Source: Macrostomum lignano (lineage: Eukaryota). Taken from it: a stretch of DNA of 64,000 bases. Below, one piece after another: positions 23,401-37,260 of this stretch. The stretch spans positions 124,001-188,000 of the forward strand of contig NIVC01000239.1 in assembly GCA_002269645.1 (NCBI GenBank), read 5' to 3'. How positions within the stretch are numbered: the stretch's first letter is position 1; each line of letters opens with the position of its first letter. The translations under genes and the position numbers were made by a program. Below the pieces are notes generated by a model. The model saw only the letters and a program-made list of their open reading frames with translations. It was not told the DNA's origin and ran no database searches.

Positions 23401-25825
23401 GGTCAGAAGCTATATAATACATGTACAGTTTAGTTTATTAAAAAAAAGTTTATTCCATTCTTTGTTGGCTGCTTGTTGCTGCTTGCTATGCTAATAATGG
23501 AGCGTACCCTTTTAAATTGCATATACCTGTAACTGCAGTACATACTTGTTCAATTTATAAATTCTTAAAAATATAATGTCACGGAACTAGCTAAATGATG
23601 TTGTCACTCTGTAGTAACTGGCCAAAGTTGTGTGCCGTGCAAAATACATGTAAATATAGAAGCAGTAGAGAGTGAGGAAAGGTGAAGATGGTTAGAATTT
23701 CGTTGTTTTTGGGAAATGTAGTAAACGTTCAAAAGCTAACGAAAAGCTAACATTAGCTTAACGACCAAACTAACGGAAAGACTAACGTTAAAGTCTAACG
23801 TAAACCTAATAACGAAAATTTGTTAGCTATGTAACGTTTTTCTAACGTTATTTTAACGATAGACCTTGGACTAGGGAACAGCCTTCAAATGCTGGTTGAC
23901 GAAATGTCTATGAACCGGCACTCCAGCTCATGATCTCATGCATTCGTAGACCACGTCTCATCGTCTCAAGTCACAATTATCCTGTAAAATTGTCTTCTCA
24001 ATAAAATATATGTAGCCTCATTTTGTTATTCCGTCAGCAATTTGTGTGGCATGTGTGAGCTAGGTATTCACTTTTCGAAGATCTATCTGACAAATTTCAC
24101 CGCTAGTATGCGATGTGCATGTATATATACGTACCAATGCTGCTGTGAGGAATGTCCTAGAAGTTCGAGCGCGAGTGCCTTAATTCGTCTACTGTCGATA
24201 ATTGGCTTCACAAGTATACCGTACCAATTCCTTCACACCTTGGAAGTTGCGTCGGTTCTTCTGTTCTTATGTCAGCCTTCCGGAGGACCGGAGCGCTCGA
24301 CTGTGTCTTCCATGCACAGCCCGGCCTCCATGGACCTCACAAACTCTGCACTTGGGCTGTCCGGATAAAACGGTGGAGTTTTTTCTCTTAATGTTTTCTT
24401 AATTTAGACGTAAGTCTCGAGCTCGATCTCCGCTCTTCAAAATGGCTTTCAAATGCTGTTAATTATCGATTGTTCATCCAAAATGCAAAAAATAATGATG
24501 GTCCGAACGTCAAAACGAATAAACGAAGCTGACGCGGACATCTTCGCTAAAGTCGATTAAAGTTAATTATTCAATGCCCTGCAGCTGCACATGAGAGCGG
24601 ATAGCATGTAAAAATTGTCATTTTCATTAACTACAGTTTATATTAATAAAATCCCAGTAGTGTCTTCAGTAAAATTTGCTAAAAATCACAAAAATCGCAA
24701 AAGGAAACTTACCTTGGTTTTCACCTTGGAAACTTACTAAGCTTTAGGTTAACATACTCAAGGACCACTAGAAGAATCTTCTAGTGGTCCTTGAACATCT
24801 TCTTCTAGTGGTCCTTGAACATTACTCTCTAGGTTGTTGCAAACCGTCAGAAGTTTCTTTTGTTTAAATTAAACAAAATTTTTGTAATACGTATGGCAAG
24901 TTTCATTTAGATTAAAAAAGATTAAAAACCTTGTTCTTGCAGATCGAAGTCAGTGGTCAATGGTCAACTTGTTTTAAAACAATATAAGTAATTTGCTTTT
25001 AATCTTTTAAAAATCACGCAACGAAGGGGTTTTCGTAGAAATTGTTTAAACGGCCCACCTTGTCACGTTTTGTCGGATTAAGCTCCAAAATTAAGACCTA
25101 CTTAGAATCATTCATTATTCGCAAATACAAAAGTACAGCGTAAAGAAATTTAGCTCTGAAATAAAAAACAGGTGTGTTCTACCCAGGAACTAGAAAGACG
25201 TGCTACTCAAACGTCAAAAGAAAGTACATTGATAGAAAACTATTAGTATTAGGACCAAAGTAGTAGAAAATTGGGGATTAGGCCTGTATAGGTCTAATTA
25301 AATAATGTTGGTAATATTTTTGCACAAGTTTAGAATGCTTTGAACTAGCAGCTCACACTAGTACATATTATTGTAATATTGTTATTGTTAAACTGATTAG
25401 ATAGGGGGGCCTATTAATATTTTTTATTTAATATTATTTATTGAATATTTTCATTATATTTGGGCCTACTATAATTAATATTACTTATATATTATTAAAC
25501 CACACATTGCAGATCATGCTTTTTATATACTGCTTTGTATGTACACAGGTTTTTTATATTTTTAATTTCTATATATATTTATTTTTATTTAGTTTTTATA
25601 GCCTATAGGTTTAGGGCATAGAAATAGTGCATAAATCACCTCTCAAAAATTTTATGATCTTCCAGTTTGTTTTGCAATATTATTCTCAAGTTTGAAACTG
25701 TACATCAATGTAGTAAAAATCAGAAACAATATCTACGGCCAAAAGAGATGGGAAATAGCATTATTAAAGACATTCTAATTTCACTGGCTATCTTCTAGAC
25801 TAGGCCTACCCAATTGAGCTTGGGG

Positions 25826-26293
25826 CCAGGATGGAATTCTCGCACAAAAATTGCAATGCATTTAGTGTTCGAGAAAAAAATTGCAAAAATTGTGCAATGC
25901 AAAAAAATTGTGCACCTGTACAGGCTGCAAAAAAATGCAACAAAAATTGTGAATTTTTTTTGCGACTGCACAGTTTAAATTATTGGCTTTACTGTATTAA
26001 ATACTACAAAAACATAACATTTTATAGTTCATTATTTACAAACTGTTTAAATTTAAAATTTTCTATTTAAGAAAACAAAGATAATTAGTCTAATATTTAT
26101 TGTAACAAGTCATCAAAAAATGAGAGTATGAGACTATCGCAAAACATTATTTTGACAATTGGTAATGCTAAAAATTGTGCCACTAAATTTTGTTTAAGAT
26201 TGTAAAAATTACGTTTGGTTCAGTATAGAATTGCGCGCCAAAATAAAGTTGCAATTTTACGTTTTATATACCAAATGCAAGAATTCCATGCTG
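25826..26293. mobile_element. hAT-like MITE, ~470 bp
   Basis: Imperfect TIR CAG(G/C)ATGGAATTCT(C/T)GCA. The 8-bp direct repeat GCTTGGGG flanks it at 25818-25825 and 26294-26301. Internal AAAATTGC motifs. Confidence 0.7.
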
Positions 26294-27935
26294 GCTTGGG
26301 GGTGCTAGACAGGCACATGACCAAGATGGGCATACATACCAGCAATGGTTTCTTAATAAACTGATAATGATATATTTGACACATATATACTATAGCCTTA
26401 TAGGAATAAATTGGCACAAACACTAAAAAGATTAAAATTTTTATATTATGATTAATTTGTTTCAAATCTATTATATATATCAATAGGCCCCCTATTTATA
26501 AATATGATTGTTTAAAACAAAATAATGCATGACCATGATAATAAAACAATAGCTATTAAGTTGCTAATTATTGTTAGAGAGAAAGCAGATATAATAGAGT
26601 TAATATTGTGGCTATAGCCATCTTGGTATATGGCCATCTTGGTCTTACACTGCTAGACAAACTATGGAAGTTGACAAGTCCAAATTTATGCGTTGTGCTA
26701 TATTGGGTGTCACATTATTATCCTCTGTAGCCATATCCTCTGTTTTCCGCACCCAACTGTTACTTGTTACTGGTCTGCCTCTATTTCGCATCCCTTTTGG
26801 CCATAGATATTGTTTTTTTGATGTTTCACTACATTGATGCACCATTTCAAACTTGAGAATAATATCGCAAAACAAACTGGAAGATTGCCAATTTTATATA
26901 CATTGTAAAAGTTGGTAGTAAGTTAAGGGTAGAAAAATAAAAATTTTCTGCAAGTTGGCAGGGTTGGCAGTAATTTGGGCAGTTTGAAAACTTTGAATTT
27001 CTATTGGTGTTGAGTTTGTACAAATAAATCCAGAAAATTTGTGCAAATGAATCACAACAAAATTTCTCTTGCTTTACTCTGACTGCTGGGGTCTCAAGTC
27101 TGGGGGGAGGGCAGGTATTGTTGTAGTTGAGTGGTCATTAATGACACAGTTGTTCAGATGATAGGCACTAGAGTTTCTGACTCTGTAAATTAATGCATTA
27201 ATTTGTTGAGATGATTACTATCAATAGGGTAGAGCTGCCACTACTGTAATTTTTATATTATAGAACAAATCAGTCTCAGAGCTTCTTTGAGATAAGAGTT
27301 AGCTTTTTTGGTTGGTTGTTTCTATTGGCAACACATACATATATAAGTTGCTATTAGCTGAGAGCAGTTATGTGACTACTATTCTACCCAATTGTGACTT
27401 ACATGTGTGTGTTGCGAATAGAAATGGCTGGGTGAATCCCTAGGTTAGCCCAAGCATGATTGGGTTAAAACCAAAAGTGGGGATTAAAAAGTCCAAGCGC
27501 TAAAATGAGAAAATACCACCACTTGGGCCAGCATCCTAGGGCCAACAAGGGAAGTGATGTCACGCAGAGGTTCCAAGTTAGACATGCAAAAAAATTAAAA
27601 AATATGCAAGCAAATAATAGAATTAATTTGAATTATTATAAAGTGGCAACCCCTCTGCCACATATGCATACTAGTTTCTCTAGACTCTAGTGACAATATT
27701 TTTGTGGTAAAAATTTAGTGCTAAAAAAATAGAAGCTTATATTTATAGTACTATAATATAATATACCTAGACTCTAAATGGTATACACCATAGTCAGGCC
27801 ATACTCCATAGTTTAGATTTATCATTCACTTATTCACTTATGCAGTACTAAACTGCACTGTAGCCTATACCCTGTAGGCTATACTCCCTACATACTGTAC
27901 TGTATGTCTGGCAAACTAACTTGTATATATACACT

Positions 27936-27977
<42 letters not shown>

Positions 27978-28233
27978 TGTACATTCTTTGAGTCATTATA
28001 TACTTCACTTAAAGATAGACCTGCACCTGACTATGTATTGAATCTTGCACATGAATAGGATGAAAATGGTCATGAAGACTATTCCATCAACTAGTGTCCC
28101 CTTTCTGCAGCTGAAGAGCGAAAGCCATTGCTCTTTACACGATGGAAACTTGGTCATGTAACTCCTGGAGAAGTTAATGATTGTTGTGGTATGCATTGGA
28201 TATTAGAAGAAAATTTACCAGCAATCTTAAGTG

Positions 28234-28563
28234 CAGCCCTGGGTTTTTTTGTGCGAATGGGTGCGAATAGCATCCTGGTCTTAAAAATCGCACCCTGAAA
28301 TTTGACTCAGGGTGCGAAAAGTGCACCCAAATTTTTGCAAGGATGTGATGCGGGTTTTACAATTTAGTGTTTTACTGTTATGGACATCTTAAGTCCGTAA
28401 CTTTATATTCTTAGAATTAGCCAGTAATTTGAAACACACTATTAGTGTTAGACCAGTTTTGGTTTGCAGCAGTGCAGCACATCCTGGTCTTAAAAATTGC
28501 ACCCTGAAATCTAGCACAGGGTGCGAAATTGCACCCAAGTTATGGACGAAAAAAACCCAGGTG
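28234..28563. repeat. Small MITE-like unit with a duplicated palindromic module
   Basis: Ends CCTGGGTTTTTTT...AAAAAAACCCAGG; two copies of CATCCTGGTCTTAAAAATYGCACCCTGA...CAGGGTGCGAAA; no TSD found. Confidence 0.45.
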
Positions 28564-29119
28564 CAGCCTGGGGGATCAGGTAATGGTGCAGCTGCAGCAC
28601 ATTCAAGGGAACTAAAAGCACCACCATCCCAATGTTCAGCAAGCTCACACAGAGAGGGACTGTTAATGGCAGTGCAAAATCCAGAGGTTGTTGCTTTTAA
28701 CAGAGATCTATATATGCAGAATGCAAAAAAATTGAAATTCATGGTACAGATGCAACGACATTATTCTTCTCGAGTAATGTCAGCTGAGAAGCTGTTTTTG
28801 AAATAAAGAAGAAACTAGAAGTCTTGAGACAGAATTTGTACAATGGCGCATTGCTCATGCTGAATCTATTGCTATAGAATCTTGCTTATCAACTGATGCT
28901 GGTACTGAAGCGCGGATCCAACCACAACACAGCCATTCATTTGGACTCAGATTCAGAGACTGAGACTGATGGCCGAAGAAATGAGAGTCCTCCAAGAAAA
29001 AGATATATTTTTAGTCTATCAAAAGGGATTTTGATGAAATTCAGTCTCATGAAGAGATTTTGATGAAGTTCAGTTTTATGGAGAGATTTTGATAGAGTTC
29101 ATTTTTACAGAGAGGATTT

Positions 29120-29780
29120 CAATGGATTTGGCACATTAAATGAGTCAGAGAAGAGAAAGTATAGAGAAGAGGGAACAAAAAAGGAGAGAGAAGAGAAGAG
29201 GAGAGTGGAGATGAGAGGGGAGTTATGAGATAGCAGAGAGGAGACAGGAGAGATGAGAGAAGAAAGGAGGGATAAGAGCATACAGCTGAAAAGAGAGGAG
29301 AGAGATGAAAGATCAGAGATGATAGAGTTAAGAGAAGAAAGTACTGAGGAGAAAGAAAGAGGGTAAAGATAAGAGTGCAGAGAGGACAGATGAAAGATGC
29401 GATGAGAAAAGATATGATTGAGAAAATAAGAGAGAGAAGAGATAAGAGATTAGAGAAGAGAAGAGACAAAGGGGAGAAGATAGAATCGAGATGGTAGAAA
29501 GGAAGCAAGAAAGATGGGAGATAAAAAAGGATAGGGTATAGGAGATATGATAAACGAGAGCAGAGAGGAGAGAGAAAAGAGAAGAGAGAGGGTATAGGAG
29601 AGACAATAGATAAGTGAGTAGAGATGAGATATGAGAGAGGAGAGAAGAGGGGAGAAATAAGAGAGAAGAGAGGAGACAGGAGGCAGGAGAGGGTACAGAT
29701 GAAACACGAGGGAGAAGAGATAAATGAAGAGGGAGAGTAATAATAGAGAGAGTAATGGCAAGAATGCAGAGAGGAGACAT
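29120..29780. repeat. Purine-rich (AG) low-complexity tract
   Basis: Almost only A/G on the + strand. Confidence 0.85.
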
Positions 29781-29896
29781 GAGAGTCTGAGTCTGGACAA
29801 CGGAAGTCAGTTTTTGCAAACAGGGAAAACAAAATATGGTATTTGAAAGGCTTTACAGAGGATTTTAAGACAATTTAGAATATGGGATTCAAGACT

Positions 29897-30170
29897 ACTT
29901 AGTTCTCTCGATTGCGACTTAGTTCCTCTCGATTGCACTTAGTTCCTCTCGATTGCGACTTAGTTCTTCCTGATTGCAACTTAGTTTCTCCCGATTGCAA
30001 CTTAGTTCCTCCCGATTGCGACTTAGTTGCTCTTGATTGCAACTTAGTTCCTCTCAATTGCAACTTAGTTCCTCCCGATTGCGACTTGTTCCTCCTGATT
30101 GCAACTTAGTTTCTCCCAATTGCGACTTAGTTCCTCCCGATTGCGACTTAGTTCCTCCCAATTGCGACTT
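29897..30170. repeat. 21-bp minisatellite
   Basis: Unit TTAGTTCCTCCCGATTGCGAC. Confidence 0.9.
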
Positions 30171-30589
30171 AATTTTCACTTTGTATATGACTTTTCTTTT
30201 TTTTTTCCCTTTTCTTTTCTTTTTCTTTCTTTCTCCTCTTTCCCCTCTCTCTTCTCCCTCCTTTCTTTTCCCTTTCTCTTCCTCTCCTTTCTTTCTTCTC
30301 CCAATTCTTTGGTTTTTGCGTTTTCGATTTTGCGACTTACCTTGGCCAGCGGCCATTTCACCTGTCTGGTTCGGACAGGTCGGACAGGTGTTGGGCATGT
30401 ATGGGCATACATGTTGCCTTCCAAACTATGGAAGTCAAGAAAGGGTCCTGTATCCCAGAATTTTCTAGTGTGCATTAGGCCTAATATGGTAGCTTGTTTA
30501 TATTATGCTAAAATGGCAACATAGGCCATGTGGTTTATACTTACGACTTAGTAATATAGAAAGCACTTTTCCAAAAATACATGGTAACA

Positions 30590-31030
30590 ATATATTCCAT
30601 AAGTGAATATGGTTTATGGTCAATAGCAATCATCAATGCTATGTTAGTAATCAATTCCTTAGCTCTTGGATCTAAGTGCTATTAGTCATTGGCATTGGCA
30701 GTTGTTGATGGTCAATAGAGATATAGCTACATTGCTTTGGCTGATAGTGGTAGAAAATAGTGAAATCAATGTAGTTTGCAACAAACAAAGTGTAAACAAA
30801 GCTAAACTTAGAGGAAACCTTTTAGCTTAAGGCAGCATTGTCATTGCATTGCTATCATTTTCTTTCTTAGCATTTTAGCTGCTTTTCTTCCATTGCTTGA
30901 CTTTCAATATCACCATACTCTGCTTCATGTTTTGTCTTCAAGTGAGATTAGACTGTATACCACTATTGGTAGCATTAGCATTCTTTGTGTCTAATGAACA
31001 ATTGTATGGCATATATTGCACTTTGCCAAA
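30590..31030 (-). pseudogene. hAT (ZBED-like) transposase relic with BED zinc finger
   Basis: Across broken frames: AKCNICH (31026-31006), HLKTKHEAEY (~30944-30915), DPRAKELITNIALMIAIDHKPYSLME (~30672-30595). Confidence 0.65.
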
Positions 31031-33436
31031 TATGGATTATTAGTATCTAGCAATGGGAAATAAATCCATAGTAAGCTTTTAGCTTTTAGGGACTTGATTT
31101 ATTTTATAGCTTTGGTTTTGGAACTTTTAGTATTGTTAAAGGCATTGAAGCTAATGTAGTAGGGGCAAGAATAGCATTGCTAGCTCTATTTGAACTCATT
31201 GCAAGTGAAATTGAATTTGCATTAGTAGTTGCAATTACTGACAATAAATGAATTTTGACTTGTCATAATCAGAGAAAAAAACTATTTGAAATAAGTTGAA
31301 GTTGAATTTATACAAACTTATTTAATAGTTTATTTGTTTAATACTTAGTTATTTTAACTTAAATCTATACTATAGAAATATAAATACTAAATAGCATAAA
31401 TCACTTAATTAACATATATCAATATACATTTATAATTTTTGACAATTGAATCTGGTATTAATGCATAGTTTTGATAGGCCCTAAAGTTATGCCCAAAGAT
31501 GCACCCAAATACTAATAAACCAATTAAGCTTGTAATTTGTAAACACCTAGTTTTTTTAATTTGAACTTTGCATAAAAAACTTGCAAAATGAACAAAGAAA
31601 AGTATAGGCATAGGCTCCTAGCTTAATTTTATCTGCTTTATATTCTAAACATACCAGTTATCATTTGTACCTAAGAAAATGTATTATGAATTTGTCTTTT
31701 TTTTGACACATTAAAAATGAAAATGAAAATTCTAAATGATCAAAATGAAAATCTATAATGTCAGAATAAACTTCAAAATTTCTTTAGGGAAATGAAAATT
31801 TGACTTAACATTTAAAATTAAAATTTGAATAATCTATGGCTAGATGCAGTAATGCAAGTGTAAGGAAAAGTAAAAATAATAAAAGGTTAAAATGTTATTG
31901 TATTGAGCTTTTTGAATCTAAAGAAAGTGTCATAAAAGCATTACAATAAATAAACAAATTAAGTTTTTCATAAGCAAAGACAGTTGTAACTAGTGATAGA
32001 CCAACTGTGGATTTTAGCAAGTTTTCAAATCCAAATATGTTTCAAATTTAAGCAAAAAGTAAAAGGTAAATGGCAAAAGTAACTATGACACTTTTAAGTA
32101 ACAAGGGGTTTGATTTGTAAATTCAGTTCTATCGTAAGTTGTTACATGACATTATAACTTTTTGAATAAAAAGAAAAGATTACAAGTTTTTAAACCTTCT
32201 TTATATTAAAAAAATGTTTTGAAAAAAAGTTGATAAAAAACTTTTGCTTTTGGCTTTTTTATTTTACCAGTTTTACCAAAAGTTTCACAAAACTATAGCA
32301 GTGTTGCAAATATCAACTTCAAAAAACTAAGTATGTGAAATTGTGAATGCAGCTAACATCTATGGCATATTTGTCATTAGACATGGCCCAAAAATAAAAA
32401 AAACACTAAATAGCAAAAATAAAAGCAAACTAAGCTAACAATTTTATTTTTGTAATCAAACCAAAAGAAAAAACTCACATATGTTATAGATTGCCGTAAA
32501 TGTAAGACTGTCTGTTTTCTGTTTGCTTACTCTATGCAGATCTAGCTAGGACAGTACAAAAACTTGACTTTCTGGCAGACAATGTGTTTAGATATCTTTA
32601 TCTAGCTTCTGTGCTCATGTTTAGGGAGGGGATAGAGATATTTGTTTAGCTGCTGACATTTTATAGAGGTTTGTTCATACCGCCATCAAAGGACCCATTT
32701 TGGTGTAAATTTATTACATGATTAAATGAAGCTGAACAAAACTGTTCAATCCTAATTTTAAATTGTCAACAAGTGGCTATCCTAATTGGGAAGAATCCGC
32801 AATGAACTTGGTAGCTTTGTAATTTATCTTTATAAGTTTTTAACTTGTTTGATATAATACAAAAAATTATAATATTTTTATAACTGTAACTGTAAGTAAA
32901 AAATTTCTTCATTACTATAATCATAATAAAAATATGGCTTTAAAAGTGCCATTCCTATCATTAGCCATAACCATAACTGTCATGATGACAGAACACTAAT
33001 TTAAAAAGTCTTTAATTTTGCAACTGACCCATAATTTATATTAGCTTAGTTGATTAGCAGTTATGAATATATATTTGCCTAGTTATAACAAAATAGTAGT
33101 CCATTAACGAAATAGTAGTATAAGTTAAGTAGAAAAATGAAAATAACTTGGCAAGCTATAATAGAATAATTGTGATCACATACGCCTGGCATATAAAAAG
33201 TTCAATAAATTCAATATACAACTTGTAAGTAAAGGTCTATGTACTTATTTTTTGTAGTTCTGGTCATTTATTCTTTCTATTTGCTAACATTGATTAATAT
33301 CCTTTTTTACTTTTTTACTCGTTGAAAAGAAGTTTAAATTGCACTAAATTGTTGTTGACGCATGCTTGCCTACTAAGAGTAGGATAATTAGTCTATAAAC
33401 TCTATTATGCCTACACTTCAGAAACGCGATCAGTAA

Positions 33437-34567
33437 ATGCCCGATCTAACAAGCGGCAGTGCCAGTAACAGTCAGGACAGCATCGTCAGCTTTGCTAGCA
33501 GCAGCTGTCTCGGCTGTCTGGCTGTTGGCATCGCCGTTGGTTGGCTACTGCGCAGCTCTTCAGCTGGCCGCGGCTTTGGCAGCCTCCTGACGCGGCTGGC
33601 CACCGGCACCCGGGTGAAAATGGTGCTGGTGCTGCGCGCCGATGTTGGCATGTCGCGCGGTAAAGCTGCATCGCAGGTTCGTGCGGAGCTCCTCCCTTCA
33701 TATTGCGTCACTTCCCTATTGTCACATTCTTTTTTCCTACCCCCCCACTATCTAATTACCTTTAGCAATTCCCCATCAGAACATCCCCTTAGCAATCCCC
33801 CTTCGTCGAATTTCCTTTAGCAATTCCCTAGTTTCATCACCCCATGTCCTCTAGCAATTCCCTAGCTTCATCACCCCATGTCCTCTAGCAATTCCCTAGC
33901 TTCATCACCCCATTTCCTTTAGCAATTCCCTAGTTTCATCACCCCATTTCCTTTAGCAATTCCCCATCAGCACATTCCCTTTAGCAAGTACCCACCATCA
34001 CATTCCCTTTAGCAATTCCCCAGTCTCCATCAGCACATTCCCTTTAGCAATTCCGCAGTCTCCATCATCACATCCCCTTAGCGATTCCCCAGTCTCCATC
34101 ATCATATCCCCTTAGCAATTCCCCAGTCTCCATCATCACATCGCCTTAGCAATTCCCCAGTCTCCATCATCACATCCCCTTAGCAATTCCCCAGTCTCCA
34201 TCATCACATCCCCTTAGCAATTCCCCAGTCTCCATCATCACATCCCCTTAGCAATTCCCGTAACGTAAACCCGCAGGCCGCCCACGCCGCGGTCTCCAGC
34301 TACCGGGCCGCCGGCCGCTATCCCGAGCTCCGATCGGCCCTACGCCAATGGGAGCTGCTTGGCCAGCCGAAAATTTCGTTGCGCGTCGATTCAGCCGACG
34401 AATTGCGTCAACTAGAGGCGGAGGCTAGGCGGCTGGGCCTGCCGGTGGCTCCGGTAGCCGACGCTGGGCACACAGAAGTGGCGCCTGGCACCGCAACGGC
34501 CCTGGGCATTGGGCCGGCCCCCGAGCCCGATATTGACCGGGTGACCGGGCATCTGAGGCTGTTTTAG
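33437..34567 (+). CDS. PTRH2: Peptidyl-tRNA hydrolase 2: join(33437..33676,34277..34567)
   Basis: N-terminal hydrophobic helix; KMVLVLRADVGMSRGKAASQ|AAHAAV; WELLGQPKI; VADAGHTEVAPGTATALGIGPAPEPDIDRVTGHLRLF; GT-AG phase-0 intron. Confidence 0.95.
33760..34260. repeat. ~28-34-bp array in the PTRH2 intron
   Basis: TAGCAATTCCCCAGTCTCCATCATCACATCCCCT-like units. Confidence 0.9.
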
Positions 34568-34807
34568 ACTGCTGAGGGACAAATCCCCCACCCCATCCCA
34601 GCCACTGAATAGGAATATTAGTTAATTAGTTGAAGAGGTTTACAGCTGACATTAATCTGTCCGCTTAATGACGAGGCATTTTAATTGCTCAATCCTTGTA
34701 TTTAAAAAATAGTTTTCAACAATACGCCTTATACTACTTACCAAGTAGTTACAATAAATTCAGAGTTGCTAAGGTTTTCCTAGTACTACTGTATAGAGAT
34801 TAGCTTT

Positions 34808-36032
34808 TTAATTCCCCATCATCGCCCTCCGATTATTAATTCCCCATCATCGCCCACCGATTATTAATTCCCCATCATCGCCCACCGATTATTAATTCCC
34901 CATCATCGCCTTCCGATTATTAATTCCCCATCATTGCCTTCCGATTATTAATTCCCCATCATCGCCCTCCGATTATTAATTCCCCATTATTGCCTTCCGA
35001 TTATTAATTCCCCATCATCGCCTTCCGATTATTAATTCCCCATCATTACCTTCCGATTATTAATTCCCCATCATTGCCTTCCGATTATTAATTCCCCATC
35101 ATCGCCCTCCGATTATTAATTCCCCATCATCGCCTTCCGATTATTAATTCCCCAGCATTGCCTTCCGATTATTAATTCCCCATCATCGCCCTCCGATTAT
35201 TAATTCCCCATCATTGCCTTCCGATTATTAATTCCCCATCATTGCCTTTCGATTATTAATTCCCCATCATCGCCCTCCGATTATTAATTCCCCACCATCG
35301 CCTTCCGATTATTAATTCCCCATCATTGCCTTCCGATTATTAATTCCCCATCATTGCCTTCCGATTATTAATTCCCCATCATCGCCCTCCGATTATTAAT
35401 TCCCCATCATCGCCCTCCGATTATTAATTCCCCATCATCGCCCTCCGATTATTAATTCCCCATCATCGCCCTCCGATTATTAATTCCCCATCATTGCCTT
35501 TCGATTATTAATTCACCATCATCGCCCTCCGATTATTAATTCCCCATCATCGCCTTCCGATTATTAATTCCCCATCATTGCCTTCCGATTATTAATTCCC
35601 CATCATTGCCTTCCGATTATTAATTCCCCATCATCGCCCTCCGATTATTAATTCCCCATCATCGCCCTCCGATTATTAATTCCCCATCATTGCCTTCCAA
35701 TTATTAATTCCCCATCATTGCCTTCCGATTATTAATTCCCCATCATCGCCCTCCGATTATTAATTCCCCATCATCGCCCTCCGATTATTAATTCCCCATC
35801 ATCGCCCTCCGATTATTAATTCCCCATCATCGCCCTCCGATTATTAATTCCCCATCATCGCCTTCCGATTTATTATTCCCCATCATCGCCCTCCGATTAT
35901 TAATTCCCCATCATCGCCCTCCGATTATTAATTCCCCATCATCGCCCTCCGATTTATTATTCCCCATCATCGCCCTCCGATTATTAATTCCCCATCATCG
36001 CCTTCCGATTTATTATTCCCCATCATCGCCCT
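34808..36032. repeat. 28-bp minisatellite downstream of PTRH2
   Basis: Unit TATTAATTCCCCATCATCGCCCTCCGAT. Confidence 0.95.
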
Positions 36033-36696
36033 CCTCTCTACAAGTAACAGATGGGTTTGTGTTTTGATTATTATTAATTGACCATATAAATGTAATAATG
36101 AATAGTTTTTAAATATATTGGCTTTTTCACAACATGTAGACCTTAAGCTTCCCGTTTCTTACAAATTGCGGTAAGCAGACCCGACTACTTGGCCTTATCT
36201 GGCCTTATCTATCACACGCGCGACCACACGCTCACGCAGTCAGGCTTTGGTTCAGCCTTGGCCCTATTCCCTATCGCATACCCTATACGGCTATTATAGG
36301 TTTCACAGAGTTCTGTGATTAGCCGCATAGCTTCCTGTGTTTTTCTCCATCCCTTATTTTCTTGCCTGTTAGGGACTATATAATCAGCCGATGACCTCTA
36401 TTTGCTACCCTCTTCTCCTAGTCCTCAGCAGCACTGCTTGTTTGCTTGATTGCTTTGGAGAACGGCTACTTTAAACTTTGTTTGATATCGATAGAGTTTT
36501 CTTCTCTGCCAAATTTAGTATTGCAGTTTAGCTCATATTCCTGCTGACGTCATAGCGCTCCGGGCTGTTTCTTTCATCTTGCGCAGTGTGCTTTTTTACT
36601 TCTGCTGTTGTTCGCTTGGCAACAACTTGTGGTGTCCCTCAAAACTGCTTAATCGCTTCTTCACAATTCACCTTCATCCCATCATATGTAGGCACG

Positions 36697-37260
<564 letters not shown>

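Noticed and set aside
26645-26875. RNRGRP...W string reminiscent of a LINE RT C-terminus
   Set aside because: Too short, with no other RT motifs nearby.
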